From Botryllus schlosseri (Eukaryota), in the NCBI GenBank assembly GCA_051294905.1, contig CM119372.1:28274001-28338000 (forward strand): a stretch of DNA of 64,000 nt, given 5' to 3'. The position numbers were made by a program, and so were the translations under genes. The notes beneath the pieces are model-generated. The model saw only the letters and a program-made list of their open reading frames with translations. It had not been told where the DNA came from and did no database searches. This document shows positions 12,201 through 25,103 of this stretch, piece after piece; the stretch's first letter is position 1, and every line of letters starts with the position of its first letter.

Positions 12201-15200
12201 TAACGATTCGTTGGACGCTTGCAATGAACACCGGACGTGGACCGAGTTGACCGCAAATTCGAGGCAAGATATCTCTGAAGGTACCGGGGCAGTGTTCACA
12301 TTGTCCGGGAAATAGAAGGCGTCGTTAGTCTGTGTCATGTGCATCATGTCCCTTTTCAGGGATGTCAGACCCATGAAGTGTTCAAGAACGCAAGGGCCAG
12401 TCTGAGAGTTGACTTTTTGTTCTCGGAGGAGTTTCACGAAATCGACGTGGCCGATAATAACTGGGCTGTCACCGGCCCAGTTGCCATGCGGTATGGTCCG
12501 CACTTCAACACCGTTTAGCATCTTGTGTCCCTGGTCAGACGTAGGCGGGTCCGCTCTAGTCGCGGTAGGGCCAGCGTAGTAAGCCGACTTGAAAAGCGCC
12601 GTCAAAAAATTAACGAGCCCCGGAATTGGTTGCAAACCCTCCTTAATAACAGACGAGTCACACTTTGACAACGCGCCGTCGCGTAGCGCCACCCTGCGCC
12701 CCGACATGCAGCACACTTCCAACGCAAAAAGAGATCGGTACACCATAAGAAACCTCCACGGGCTTTGCACCAATACGGTGAAGTTGTCGGACACAGATTT
12801 GGCGTTGCCTGACCCGATGCCCATTCCTAACACAGGAAAAGACGAAATCGAACACGCCACGTGGAAAGGGTCAGAAGTGTCGTGTAAGACCTGAACCAGC
12901 CTCCCTAAATCATTACAATCGTTGAACATGGCCGTTAGATAGTGCGAGGAGTACGCGTGGCTGTTAAACCCGATCGACCCCACCCTGCCGAAATGCAACG
13001 CGAAGTTTTGGTGCTGGTGAGACCAGGATACAGAGACTGTAAACTTTCTGCGTGCACCATACTTCAGAACTAACGACTGAAAATCATAAGAATGCACGGA
13101 TACCATCTGGCCCAGAGACGAGTCCCGATCATATAAGACATCTGCAAACTTACGCACGACTTCGTACAGCCTGCCTACAGCTTTCCAAGCCTCTTTGAAA
13201 GTTTGCACTGGGGAATCGGCGTTGGGAACATCAAGCTTCAGAGTGAGACGCGTGACGGCGTCCTGTCTCGCTTCGATTTTCATTGGATTGTCGGCAAACA
13301 CTAATTCTGCGTGCCAGACTCTGGCGGCGACTGCGTCTGAAGATTTAGACACCTTCTCGATACACCTGTACCTGAAAGCGCACTGTAACGTGTTCTTAAC
13401 CAAAGAATCGGCGCCGGTCACGCCAGCTATGGGCCCTAGATCCAGTAATTTCACGCAAAAACCCGCGTCCGAATCAGCCAGCAGTCCTTGATATGCCAAG
13501 CCTTCTTTTGCCAAGTCCCGGGTCAAACCGACAAATGGTATACGCGCGTCGCAGGCCGACACCACGGCTGAAAGTTCAGAGTTTTCAAACTTCCGATCTC
13601 CACTGAAGTCAGACCTGTCTAAGAGATGAGAATTCAGCTGGACCAGGGCGTCTGCCTTGTAATCCCCGACACCCTGCTGATTGGCGCCGTCTTTCACAAC
13701 CCTCAAAAGGTGATACCGACAAGATATCGATGAAGTCGACAATTCATCGTCGATGATTTGTGCGACAATGTAGAAATTCTCAAAAGCTGTCATCTTGATA
13801 TAAATCACATTGTCACCTAGCTTCCCTACGGCATGCGTGGAGAAATTAGTCAGCGAGAGTTTATCAACGTATCGGGCCGGCAAAGACTGCAAGGCAGCCT
13901 TGCATCGTTCCCTCGCGAAGACAAACGTAAGCCTTGGAATCCATGTCACTAGTTTCGCGACAGACTCGTTGACGGCAGACTCAATTTCATCGAGAACATC
14001 GCGGCCCAAACCAGGCGACGCACAAACATACGCACCGGTCTGTGGGTCTACGGATATATGCAAGTCACCTGGCGACTCAAAGCGTTCGGTCAGCGGTATG
14101 ACCAGACAAGAATGCCCGTCTGTAATGTGCGACGCATCGTTCTTGACATGCTTGCGTAACGTCTGCTGGACCGCGTGCAACTTGTGGTAGGACCGGACCA
14201 GGATTGTGTCACCGAGCAGCCGTTCCAGGGACAGGTCTTTGACTGCGGATGCCCTCTGGACGAGGTCGACGTTTTGGAGAATCAGGGCGGGTTTGTGGGT
14301 TACTTTGAGGGCAACGTCGTCGCCTTTTCGTTCTTGATGTATGGAGATTGTCATCGGGTCCGGTTTGGAGGTCTTGGATATGGCAGTCCTGCAATGACGA
14401 GTGTCTCATGGTGACTGCGAATTATAGTAGCCTATGTCCAGTATTTCAGCAAGCGGGCCATATTTTAATATCACGGTGAACCATGGGAAAAGTCGAGGTA
14501 GAAAAGAAAGTAGAGTATTTGAGTACCACCTGCTACACCGTCATAACGGCAATAATGAACTGGAAAATTCAAAAAATATATCCTTTTTGTGGCCGCAAGT
14601 AAAATTTTGCCAGCATTTCGTACCATTTGTGACAATACCAGGGGTCGATCACTTAACTCACGTAACGCACGTAGCTTTGTGAAACACGTACCAGATGCCG
14701 AGTTACCGAGAACCAAGGTTTGGAGGCCTCCACGATGGGAAGAATGTATTGAAACTATATTTTACGTTGATCAAAATAACTCTCAATGCTCTCAACTCTC
14801 AAAACTCTCGCATTGAGAAGGATGTATATTTTCGAAAATATCGACTCTGACTGTTGGACTCAAATCCTTATAATTGATACACAACTCGGATTCGAGTACC
14901 CTACTTGTGCCCAGCTATACTAGTAAGATGACACTCTAACACCCCGATATGGTTAACCATTCAACTCGACATGGGGGCATTTTGCAAATGATGACTAGTG
15001 ACCAGTTTTTACAAAAGACAATCCATCATGGCACGGGCTACAATCAGTTTACAAATCTTGATAGAACATCACATAGGCAGCAATTATCTGCCACACTCAT
15101 TTACATACAGTACAAATATTGAATTGGATCTGTCGGTTGCCTACTAGTGCGGAGCGGATCGACAAATTTTCTGGTCCGGCCGTATCAGGAAAAAGTAGTG

Positions 15201-18200
15201 ATCCAGCTCCGACCAAAAATGTAGAAGTCCGGACCTACACGTTACGGGGGTTCCGTGAATTTATAAATATGCCTCGTTTATATTCGCACTGGCTTGGCGG
15301 TTACTTGTGTGTGGTTGGTTGGTAGTTATTTAGTTATAAAAGTCATGCTTATCCATAACGATTATGGCCATATCAAAAAAGTAGTGATCCGGCTCCGGCC
15401 GTAACTGAAAAAATACTGATCCGGCTCCGATCCGGTCAAAATTAAAAAAATCCGGCCGGATATCCAATCCGGCTTCGGTCCATGCTCCGCACTATTGTCT
15501 ACACGGGTTACGTCAGATTAACGACAGCTTCATCAGTAGCAAATGACACAATTCTACTTTAGTTGAGCTACAGCCATTGCACAATGCACAGTAGGGGTGT
15601 TCAATAATGACTTTTTTTCACAAATTGTACTGGCTACTAGGGTTGGGACTTGGGATCAAATTTGAAATCCCGGGATCGGGATTTCCCGGGATTTTCGCTC
15701 CTCAATCCCGGGATTAGAAAAGTAGTAAAATACACATACAAGTTACACAAATAACATTTATTCCTTGTGATATTTAATTGACGCAAAACATAAGAGCATC
15801 AAGAGTATCATCGTTTAGATCAGGGGACCCAAACTCCAATTTGCTTGCGGGCCAATTTCGTAGTTTTTGATGACGCGGCGGGCAGCAGCATCAAATAGGG
15901 GTATAATATGTATTTCCCAGTACGCCTTTTTTGTCGGACCTTGCAGATTAGCATTCCATACACATTGTGAAAATATAATACACTATTGTAATATTCACGG
16001 TTGTCACGAAAAAGTCATATTTTTCAACATTTTTTAAAAATATTGTTGTGCTTGGCATAATTTGGCGACATAAGGAGTTATATAGACAGTTAGAAACCAT
16101 GCGAGACGTCAAATGCATCGTGTCATCGTAAAAGCTGTCGCATTATAATTTAGCAGCTAGTATGGGCGTTTGATGTATGACAGCGATTCAGGTTTTTGGA
16201 GGGGTTTCAGAATGAAATTTCAAGTTCTCAAATCCGAAATCTGAAATTTTCGAGTTTAATATTGTCGAATGCTTGAAAAGTCAAAACGCCGACGTGGGCC
16301 GCATAAACAGTTTTGGCGGGCCGCGTGTTTGAGGCCACTGTTCTAGACAATCAGCCGAGTTTGTAACACTGCTTTATTACCAAAATAAGAGATATGGCGC
16401 TACATAAGCCTTGGTAGATGCTGTTCACAAATCCCGGGATTTGATCGGGACCAATCCCGGGATCGGGATTGCTTCAAATCCCGGGATCCCGGGATCGGGA
16501 TTTCCCGGGGTCCCAACGCTACTGGCTACTTGATAAAATTGTTAGGTTACCGTACCGTACCGTACCTAATTAAGCGTACGCACCAAATTTGATTCAATTC
16601 CAGTCAGTAGCCGCATTGCTACAGGAGAAGAAAGTTTCTATTTGTCAATATTTTTTAACACCTCTAATGCACAGAACACATTGGATCCCACCTCCAGTAG
16701 GACAAGACCACTTTGTTTCCAGGGTGGGACTCGTCAATGTGAATCAGCCGCCCCCATCGGTGACGAAGAAGGCGATAGGCCTGGGCTTCGAGGACCTCCA
16801 GTTTCAATGAAAGGCAGAAGGAATGAAGGACTTGGTACAGGTCCTAAAAAGGAACCAACGCCATAAGTCACTCACCACAACTGTTATATTTGAACTTATT
16901 GGGCAGATTATAAACTCTACCAAAGTATATTCAGTATTGGACAGTAATTGACTGAGTGGAAATAAACTACCGACTGATTTCACAAGTCCCTGTCATTTGA
17001 CGGATTTGACACACGAGTATTTTTCAGTTATAAATCTCTTATCATATCTGGAGATCACATTGAGTTGCAAACTACCATAATTCAAGAAACAAAATTTGAG
17101 CTAATCCAAAACTATGACCATTTCCACCGTTTCATTCGATTAAGAAATGGCATTTTGGTATCATCAACACAAAAATCAGAAGTGTTCATACTATGATCAA
17201 ATCTCATAGACTCAAAGGAATTTGATAAACCATATTTTTGCAGTTCAAGCAATTATTGTCTACACATTAGTAAATATTGTATCAAGTTCATGACCATACG
17301 GTGAACTTTTGAAAACAATTTGGTTGATTTACATGGAATGTTGAACTATTTTTCCGGCAGTCAGTTTGCATTTCAAGTGTAAATCAATAATTCAATTCAA
17401 ATATATGTAATTACAATACGATATCATGCTTACTTTGACGCACCAGCACCAAAGTCTATCTAACAGCCATTGTAGCCTACCTCAGCAAATACGCTTTTGG
17501 TCTCTCAAACCAGAGGTCTCCCAAAAGCCCAGCCAATGGTGGGCTAAATCAATGCCAATTGCTTTGATTATGGAAGAAAAGGTCACTCACCACCAAAGGA
17601 TCTTCGTTTGTCAGTAGTCTTGATTGGACAAGCTCGTGGACGTATTCAACTTGCAAATGATGGACTAGCGCCTTACCGGCGCCAATGTATTCATCTTCCA
17701 CTGATATATCTATCTTCAAAAGCCTCCATGGAATATCGTCCGACTGGCCCATGAGAGTAAGTATTGCCTAAAACACGTAAAACACAATATAATGTGTATA
17801 ATACTTGAACCGCATTCAAGGCCCTATTCAGACAAAAAGTAAAGGAGGAGAATACTTTTAACACATAATTGGAGAGTACTTGCGAAAAGACTAATGTAGG
17901 GTTACCGTAAAGGCAGACACTTTTATCAAATCATAAAAGTTAGTTCACCGAAATTGAAAACAGCTGATTTTGTTGTTTACTGGAAATGTTGCGTTGTCAA
18001 AAAAACTTCGACTCAACCCCCAGTTTACCCAATTTTTACGTTACTTCTGTGGTATTGACTAAAAAAAGGTTGTTTTTTAAATTTTACTCCCATGTAACCC
18101 GTCGTCTATCTTTTAGGCCGAAATCTAATGTCTTTTGTGGTCTTTTCGGGTATTTTACACTATTCAAATTTTCAAAAAGGAGGACATTTGGACAAAGGGC

Positions 18201-19563
18201 GGACATTTCTTCAAAAAGGACGTATGGTAAGCCTAACTAATGACACTGCAAACTGGTACAATTTTCAAGAATAAACTCAGTTACCGGAATACAGGGGCTA
18301 TTGTACCCAGTTTCCATAGTTGCTTGTGGTCGTTCTCTTTTTTATTTAAAGGTCATCGAATCAACCACTATAAAGCCGCAAAAGCCGATCCTCTGTTACC
18401 AGAAGGAACATCTCTACACTCTGGGAATCTTTCTTTAGTGTTGTTTTGCCACTCGGCTGTTTGACAGCCGATTTTGTGTATGTTGTACTGTAACTGTGCG
18501 TTGTTTACAGCGTTCGTGACTCTGCGTACTTGTCATTATTACGTCACAACGACAAAATTCTTAATTTATTTCGAATTTGGCTAACCTCATTTACTGACGT
18601 TAGCTCCTGATGAGAGTCAGTTGGAAAGCTTCGAGTGGAATAAATTTGGCAAAATGAACGTATTGTTTGCTGCAATATTGAAGTTCTGTACTTCCAAAAG
18701 CCAATTTGCTACTAGTTGCTGATGAGTGTCAGCGATAAATATTCGGGTTCATTTCAACATGAATATACTATTGAAGAGGTTAGCAAATAGCAATTTCAAA
18801 TACATGCCAAAATCGCTTGGAAGTAGAAAAAGAAACGTCTGAAAACTAATCAAGAACCATATTTTAAAAAAGTTGATTCGGAAGCAGCTAAAACCTTCTG
18901 CGCTACTTTGTAAAGGTAGATGAAATCTGTTACCTTGAATTCACTTGGCACTGTCAACTTCACCATCCCCTTGTCCACCACGATGTCGGTGATTTGGAGA
19001 GGAATTTTAGTCACCGCCAGCCTGTGGCAGATGATCTCATCGAGTCTCTTCAAAGTTATCGATTTCTCTAATGGCGTTATCGGATCGGGCGGAATGATCT
19101 TGTCTCTGATCGCTTTCGGCAGTCGTGGATACGACCCTGTGGTTAAAACGTCGATAGCCGCAGGAACGGAGAAGTTTGGCAGTCTGGCTTGCACCACAAA
19201 TTGATTGGCTAACGTGTGGAGTTTGTCTGCGGTGTCAACGAATAAAAGTCCCTGCTGGTCCAAGAGCTGAGTGATTACTTCGCATTTGATCACTTTTGAA
19301 ACAGATCCGGCCCATTTCACCACCGTCAGTAACCTGATAACTAACTGACGGGTACGGTTTGCGAAATGCGCGATGTCGATCTTTCTTTCCAGGTCGGACT
19401 TTCCCGGAAGTAAATCCGCGAGGACCACGATGTCGTGGTATGTCTTTTGCAGTATGTAGTCAATAACTGTTTGTAAAGGTATGGTTCCGATTGGCGGTTG
19501 TTGGCTGACGGGGTTCCATTGACCCTGTACTGGAGTCATAGGCTGTACAGCAACTGGCATCAT
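9102..19563 (-). CDS. MED14: Mediator of RNA polymerase II transcription subunit 14; join(19563-18934,17767-17591,16843-16692,14388-11806,9294-9102), 1244 aa
   Basis: All four introns are GT-AG with consistent phases (0,0,2,2); total 3735 nt. Motifs match MED14 as recalled: [83 protein letters not shown]. Confidence 0.95.
10116..10627. mobile_element. GACTCGAGTC-rich MITE family, copy in MED14 intron 4
   Basis: CAGGGTGTTAATGACTC..GGTTACGACCCTG; homologous copies at 26596-26940, 27031-27548, 38990-39571, 55011-55440 and 63110-63692. Confidence 0.8.
11806..14388 (-). CDS. MED14: MED14 large coding exon 4 (2583 nt)
   Basis: Long ORF 11607-14354; acceptor TTGCAG (AG at 14389-14390); donor AG|GTCGGT at 11805. 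Confidence 0.93.
15145..15494. mobile_element. TAGTGCGG-family MITE (inverted relative to 500-966)
   Basis: TAGTGCGGAGC..GCTCCGCACTA; TSD TTGCCTAC/TTGTCTAC. Confidence 0.88.
15592..16666. mobile_element. Three-level nest of DNA-transposon derivatives in MED14 intron 3
   Basis: Outer TAGGGGTGTT..AACACCTCTA with TSD ATGCACAG; middle 15638-16521 TAGGGTTGGGAC..GTCCCAACGCTA with TSD CTGGCTAC; inner 15821-16340 CAGGGGACCCAAAC..GTTTGAGGCCACTG. Confidence 0.87.
16692..16843 (-). CDS. MED14: MED14 coding exon 3
   Basis: [51 protein letters not shown], bounded by TTTTAG and GTGGGA; absent from the ORF track. Confidence 0.92.
17591..17767 (-). CDS. MED14: MED14 coding exon 2
   Basis: [35 protein letters not shown], bounded by TTTTAG and GTGAGT. 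Confidence 0.92.
17897..18235. mobile_element. MITE of the TAGGGTTACC family
   Basis: TAGGGTTACC..GGTAAGCCTA flanked by ACTAATG on both sides. Confidence 0.75.
18934..19563 (-). CDS. MED14: MED14 coding exon 1 (Med14 N-terminal domain)
   Basis: ORF 18850-19563; donor AAG|GTAACA after VPSEFK; an upstream acceptor TTTCACAG lies at 19612. Confidence 0.93.
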
Positions 19564-20607
19564 TGTTGTCCACAGCCGTGTACAATAAGTCTTGGTTAAT
19601 TAGTTGTATCGCTGTGAAACAGGAGTCAGTTTTTCGAAGGTATTCTAAGCACTATTATATCTATTTATATTTGTATCTCAGAAAACAGATCTGGTCAAAG
19701 TAGCCAGCATTGCAGCTGTACTCGAGTAGTCTTGAAACAGCCGAGACATTTCCAAACTACTTGAAGTAGAAGAAGAAATTATAGAAGGTAGGTGACTACC
19801 GGTATACATTTAAATTTGCAAGATGCATCTTCTCTGCTATGGTATGTAAGATGACTGAGGTATAACTACGAGGTGCAGTCTTATATTCAGTTACTGTGAA
19901 ACTGATACAGAGCACTCACAAAAGTGATGTGAACTTACCTTAAATCTATTTTTTACTTTTCAAAACACAAAGTTCACTAAAGCTTAAAAGCAAGTAATAT
20001 GTCCTGAAAAACCAGCAATTATAGTGGCGGAAGAAGTCCGAAAACATACTTGAGTTGTCGAGTACACTAAAAAAGTAGAATCAATAATTCTTTACTGCAG
20101 CTCTAACCTGGTTTAGTCAATGATGCTACTCAAGTAATTGCATCCCTAGCTCAATACTATATTTATTCAACTCGAGATTATGTGAAGTTAACGCAGCATT
20201 TTTAAACATATCAAACACATTTGTGAAAAAAACTAATGTGAGCAAGAGAACATCGAGAGCGAGAGCACGAGCAACACTTTTTTTTGTCTACTCTACAGTC
20301 CACGATAAATTTTTACAGGAACTGTTACATTCCAGCGACAGGTCTCTCATCATAGGTAATCGGAAATTCTCACCTCAAATATCGTTTGAAGTGTATGTAG
20401 TTGCTCTGCCTAACAAGACTGGAAAGTATGGCAAATAATTACAAGGGTACCGTAAACTGTAGTTTCTTTCCAGCTGAGATTTTATGTCTGCGAGTCGTGC
20501 TCGTGATCCATGTCTTTTCTTTTCCACTAGATTGGAAAGTGTGGCAAATGCAAAACTGTAGATAGGTGAGTTATCTATAGCAAAACAGTGCACTGCCGCC
20601 ATCTAGC

Positions 20608-20861
20608 GATGAGGCAGATTTATTTTCGCCGGCACCATCGAGATGCTTTTTGACGATGGAGATGCGATACGACCTTTAAGCAAGGTCATCTAGTCTGCAC
20701 CCCCGTATTTTTCTCCTCCACGCTATCCATGGATGCTGAGCGCCTAGCAGGATAGCCACGGATACCAGTTTTAGAGTCTTTGGTCTGACCCGGCCGGGGA
20801 TTGAACCCACGACCTACCGATCGAAAAGCTGGACGCATAACCATTACACTATCTCGCTCGG
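20608..20861 (-). mobile_element. tRNA-derived SINE
   Basis: Minus strand carries A box TAGTGTAATGG and B box GGTTCAATCCC, followed by a non-tRNA body. A second full copy is at 33070-33325 and a body fragment at ~28905-28970. Confidence 0.8.
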
Positions 20862-21029
20862 TATACGATGCTCCTCCAATATTGTGTTAGTTTGGATTGT
20901 ACAGTGTAGCCTACCTCAAAAACCTAACCTTTCGTCAATCTTCATTGGCTCATCTACTTTCCGGACCTTATTTTGAACTGAACTTAACCGAATGACAGTT
21001 GATCAGGCCTGAGCCATATTGTGGTTATT

Positions 21030-21285
21030 TTTCGTTTTAATATCATTTTCATCATTTCAAAACACCACAAGATTGTGATACAAACAAATGACTGGAAGGT
21101 GTCGAAACGACATAGAGTAGTCGTATAATCAGACGCGTTCCTTGGCCTAGCACATGTAAATAAGAAGCACTCATACTGAATGACAAGTATTAGCTAAGCT
21201 ACCATAAAATCATAGCCTTTATAAAGGCTATGATAAAATGACAAGCGATGAAAATCTTGTCGCATGTGGCGGCAGGCAGCCACCG
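21030..21285. repeat. Dispersed repeat of unknown class
   Basis: ATTTTCATCATTTCAAAA..GTGTCGAAAC..CCTTGGCCTAG..GCATGTGGCGG recurs at ~31285-31825 (MITE-interrupted), ~32945-33015 (partial) and, inverted, ~54481-54572. Confidence 0.6.
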
Positions 21286-21960
21286 AACTGAATATGTCAA
21301 ATTTAGTATGATCATTTATTCTTATGAATTATATATTGATCAAAAATTTAGCTATGTTCTCGACGCATTAAAATATGAATGAGTTCGTTTCAAGGAAATG
21401 CTATGACTCCACTGATCATGTACAGTTCACGGTTCAATGGAGTCTATATAAATAATAATAATAAAGTTTTGAGGCAGTCGCAGTACATGATCTATTACCA
21501 TGTATGGTGTAATTTTCTCGGGAAGTTATAAAGTAAGTTAAGTATGTGAGTTCAGTGAGTAGATCTTGGAAGATGTCGTTTCTAGTAGAAGTTACTTAAT
21601 GATGAAATGATGACAAAATGCGTCAGTACCAACCATGATTTTGCACTGTTACTGTTTTAATAGAGACGCCAATTGTGCAATTGCAAACCTGTACCAGTGT
21701 ACCACAATACGATGTTTCATTGTGAAGCTGGTTCGTGTTTGTTTGTCTGCACGGTAAAACTTGAGAAAAATGAGTCCCGTCTCCTCTTTTTCCCATCCCT
21801 GACTGGTTTTGGTTAGCTTAGCTATAACTGACCCGGGTGAGAGGGAGTGTCTTGGTCAGAAAAACCCAACGTCTAGTAGCAGAAGGAACAATCGAAGAAT
21901 ATCCTTTTTCGTGTGGTAGGGTATAGTTGACTAATACACTTCTCTCTATCTTTTGCAGGT

Positions 21961-23106
21961 ATGGATGGAAGCAATTGGTTTGGAATACCTGACCATATAG
22001 TTCTACAAATCTTTTCCTACGTATCCCAAAACGATCGATATAGCCTGAGCCTGGTTTGCAAAGATTGGTCTGCTATCTTCCACGATTCACACTTGTGGAG
22101 TCGATTCATTTTCAAATTCGATACAAGCTATGATAAAGATGGTCGGGCTATTACGTGCGTGGAGAGGTACGGACAGGAGCTGAAAGACGTTGAAATAGAT
22201 GTCAATCAGGCGGAGCCCATTAGCTTAAAACGGGCCCTAAGTGTGCTGGATAACTTGATTGGGGTGAAGAATTGGAAAGTGATCAAATTCAAGTTCGTAT
22301 TCACTGGTTGGAATCCGCCTCTTTTCAATGGCAGGTTGATTCTTAATAAAGTTAAAGACTTTCTTTCTTCCATCAAAGATAAAGAATGCATCTTCAATTT
22401 GGAAGTTATCGACCTCGCAAAACTCGGCATAGTACTCGACAATGGCTTGTTAAAGATTCTCGCGGACTACCACAAACGTTTGAAAGTAGTGAACATCCAG
22501 AACCGATGTCTCGTGGACAACATCACTGAAGATTGTGTCATGAATTTGTTAAAATCTTGCGTTTATATTGAGGAGTTCTATGCATTTTATCACCACGTCG
22601 ACGACGAGGTCTTGGAGATACTCTCAGAAGATGGCCGTACCAAAATTAGGAAACTTTCCTTCATGTGCAACCGAAGCGACAAGTATAAAAGCATGATATC
22701 TTCGGAAGCGTGGGAATCACTGAAAAAATTCAGCCCCCATATGGAGTTGGAAATGAAATTTCATAGTACAATGCCTCTCTACATGGTGAACCAAATCTTA
22801 TGCCCAGAAATCCCAGCGACTTTTATCGACTTGCATATATACGCTTGGGTGCACGAGCAAATACATCACATTGCAAAGAACTGTAATAAAACCCTGAAAT
22901 ATTTGAGCTGCCATACGGACTTGGATCCTGATTCAACTGCGAATGTTGAACTATCGCCTGCCCTGCTGGATTTGTCAGTGCAATGTGAAAACTTGGAAGA
23001 ACTGCATTGCCATTGTAATCTTCCGGAATCCACGATTAAAAGCATTAAAGCTATCAGGTCGTTGAAATCGTCAACACTTTACATGAATCTTGGACAGGGC
23101 AATTAA
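21961..23106 (+). CDS. FBXL8: F-box/LRR-repeat protein, FBXL8-like (381 aa, single coding exon)
   Basis: N-terminal F-box (IPDHIVLQIFSYVS..LSLVCKDW..LW) followed by degenerate LRRs. GWNPPLF, SEAWESLK..P.MELE and QCENLEELHCHC parallel FBXL8 as recalled. A strong acceptor CTTTTGCAG lies 2 nt before the ATG. Confidence 0.85.
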   Translation: MDGSNWFGIPDHIVLQIFSYVSQNDRYSLSLVCKDWSAIFHDSHLWSRFIFKFDTSYDKDGRAITCVERYGQELKDVEIDVNQAEPISLKRALSVLDNLIGVKNWKVIKFKFVFTGWNPPLFNGRLILNKVKDFLSSIKDKECIFNLEVIDLAKLGIVLDNGLLKILADYHKRLKVVNIQNRCLVDNITEDCVMNLLKSCVYIEEFYAFYHHVDDEVLEILSEDGRTKIRKLSFMCNRSDKYKSMISSEAWESLKKFSPHMELEMKFHSTMPLYMVNQILCPEIPATFIDLHIYAWVHEQIHHIAKNCNKTLKYLSCHTDLDPDSTANVELSPALLDLSVQCENLEELHCHCNLPESTIKSIKAIRSLKSSTLYMNLGQGN

Positions 23107-25103
23107 TTGCAGTTTTATGAAATTGATCGTTCAACTGGTAGGCTGGTTTTAGTTTCTAGATTGCTTCCAACTGTGTCTTCATTCAATTACAAATATTTCC
23201 GTCCGACATCGAATTTTTTTCAGTACTGAAAAGCAGTTCATGATATTTTTGTGCATCAGGCTATGTGTAAAAACTGACGAAATGCATGAACCATGCATTA
23301 ACTATTATGCGAAAGGCAAACAATCGCTACCGGTACATAAAATTATGGGAGTAGAAATTTAGACTTACAGTATCAATGTGAATGACATCAATTATTTTCC
23401 ATTGCCCCTTAGTAGCTAGACTTCTTTCGTTTTTTAGGCAGTATTATGTATGTTGCGATCTTATTTGATACATTGCACTTATTTTCATTGTGATTTATGA
23501 CTTAAGATTTTGGTCATTGATTGCTTGTTTTCTTTCATTCCCTTTGCGTTTTATGTAAGATGCAATCGACCCCTGCACTTGATAATTTCAGGGCAAATAT
23601 GATCTCCTGATAATATTTTGAAGTAAGATGAATAATTTGACCCTTTATGCATGTTTAAAAAAACGAGGTCTCGATATGAGTGATGGGTGAGAAATAGCAA
23701 TGTATAATTTCAAAAATAGATTCATTTTTATTACCTGAAGCTTTTGGAGCCTCTACCTACACTCATCAGGGGTTACCTTCTACAATAATGTGAACGTTTA
23801 AAAACTTCTGTTTGTCAACAGTTTTGCTAATTACGACATCGCACACAGTCAAATACAAAATTTACTGTAGAGTTATATTATTACCATTATTAGTTTGGGT
23901 CCGAATGAAAAATATCTCCATTTTACTGTTTTTGCGTATCAGACACGTGTCTTTAAAATAAATTAACGTGAACTGAGAGATATACCCCACTGGATTTTAG
24001 AATTATTAAATTAGATTGAAATTCACTTTGTCTATTTCAGGTGAAATATATATGAGAAAATGTGGTCCTATAGCCTGTATGATAAATTATAATGGGTTGC
24101 TCCTGAGATCACTATCTTCTTAGAGCACTTCATTTGCTACAGCACTTATCTTATCGAGTTTAAATACCGGTATATTGCTCTGTGTCAAATACAGTTTGAT
24201 TTCATGCTTTGTAATTGCTTCATCTCGCGTGGTAATTTCACAATGCTTCATGAGCCTTTCTGAAAATGTTACAATGCCATTTGAAATTCTCGGAATACAA
24301 GTTTCATTTTAACGTCTGATACTAGGACATTTGCTTGGTGTCAGTTTGCCATAGGGCAATGACTTTCCCAAATCTGTTTAAAGAGACCCCTGGTATATTG
24401 GTATGGTACCTAGAAAATTAATGTTTTATTCGAAGTTTCAGTATGAGACAACAAAGTAGTAAACATGCCAATGGCTGGTGTAATTATTCGTAATCTGAAT
24501 GTGGCCTGTTATCCATAAATGTTGCACGCCCCTGTAGTATTCATTCACATTAACATTACTTTGACCACCCTCTAGGCTCAAGCATAGTGAAAAGCTACAG
24601 AGGATTCAAAACACCGAAGTATGGCACTCCTATGCACTCCTATGCTGATAATGCACCACCTGCTCATTCGATGACAAACGTTCATGTAAGAAATTCATTG
24701 CTTTATTGCTTCCCAGAATAACATATATGTATGCAAAAACCAGAACAGAAAAACATTCTGAATTTATTGAGACTGTACCAGTTTACATTGTACAGCGCAA
24801 TAGGTTGAGGAAGGGTGGGGGAGAGGCAAAATATCAGTTCACACATTAGCTTTGTCCTAGCAGCTTTTCGGGAAAAATCTTGTAGTACAGTATTCGAAAA
24901 ACAAATTCAAAAAATAAAGACTGATACCAAAGTAACGCGTGAAAATGGGATAAATTTTTTATTTTAACATTTAGTCAGTTGTGATGTAACAACGTAAATG
25001 TAATGACAATCAATCGCTGCAAGTCGTTTGCGTCTCAAATATCTTTTTGCTACGTCCGTGAGATAGCATTTCTGAAAGGGGGGTAATAAGCGTCCAGCCC
25101 ACT

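Noticed and set aside
11733..14414. Several plus-strand ORFs of 79-150 aa
   Set aside because: They are antisense shadows of the MED14 large exon.
20790..20861. Possible tRNA gene
   Set aside because: The A and B boxes continue into a shared non-tRNA body present in a second diverged copy, which indicates a SINE.
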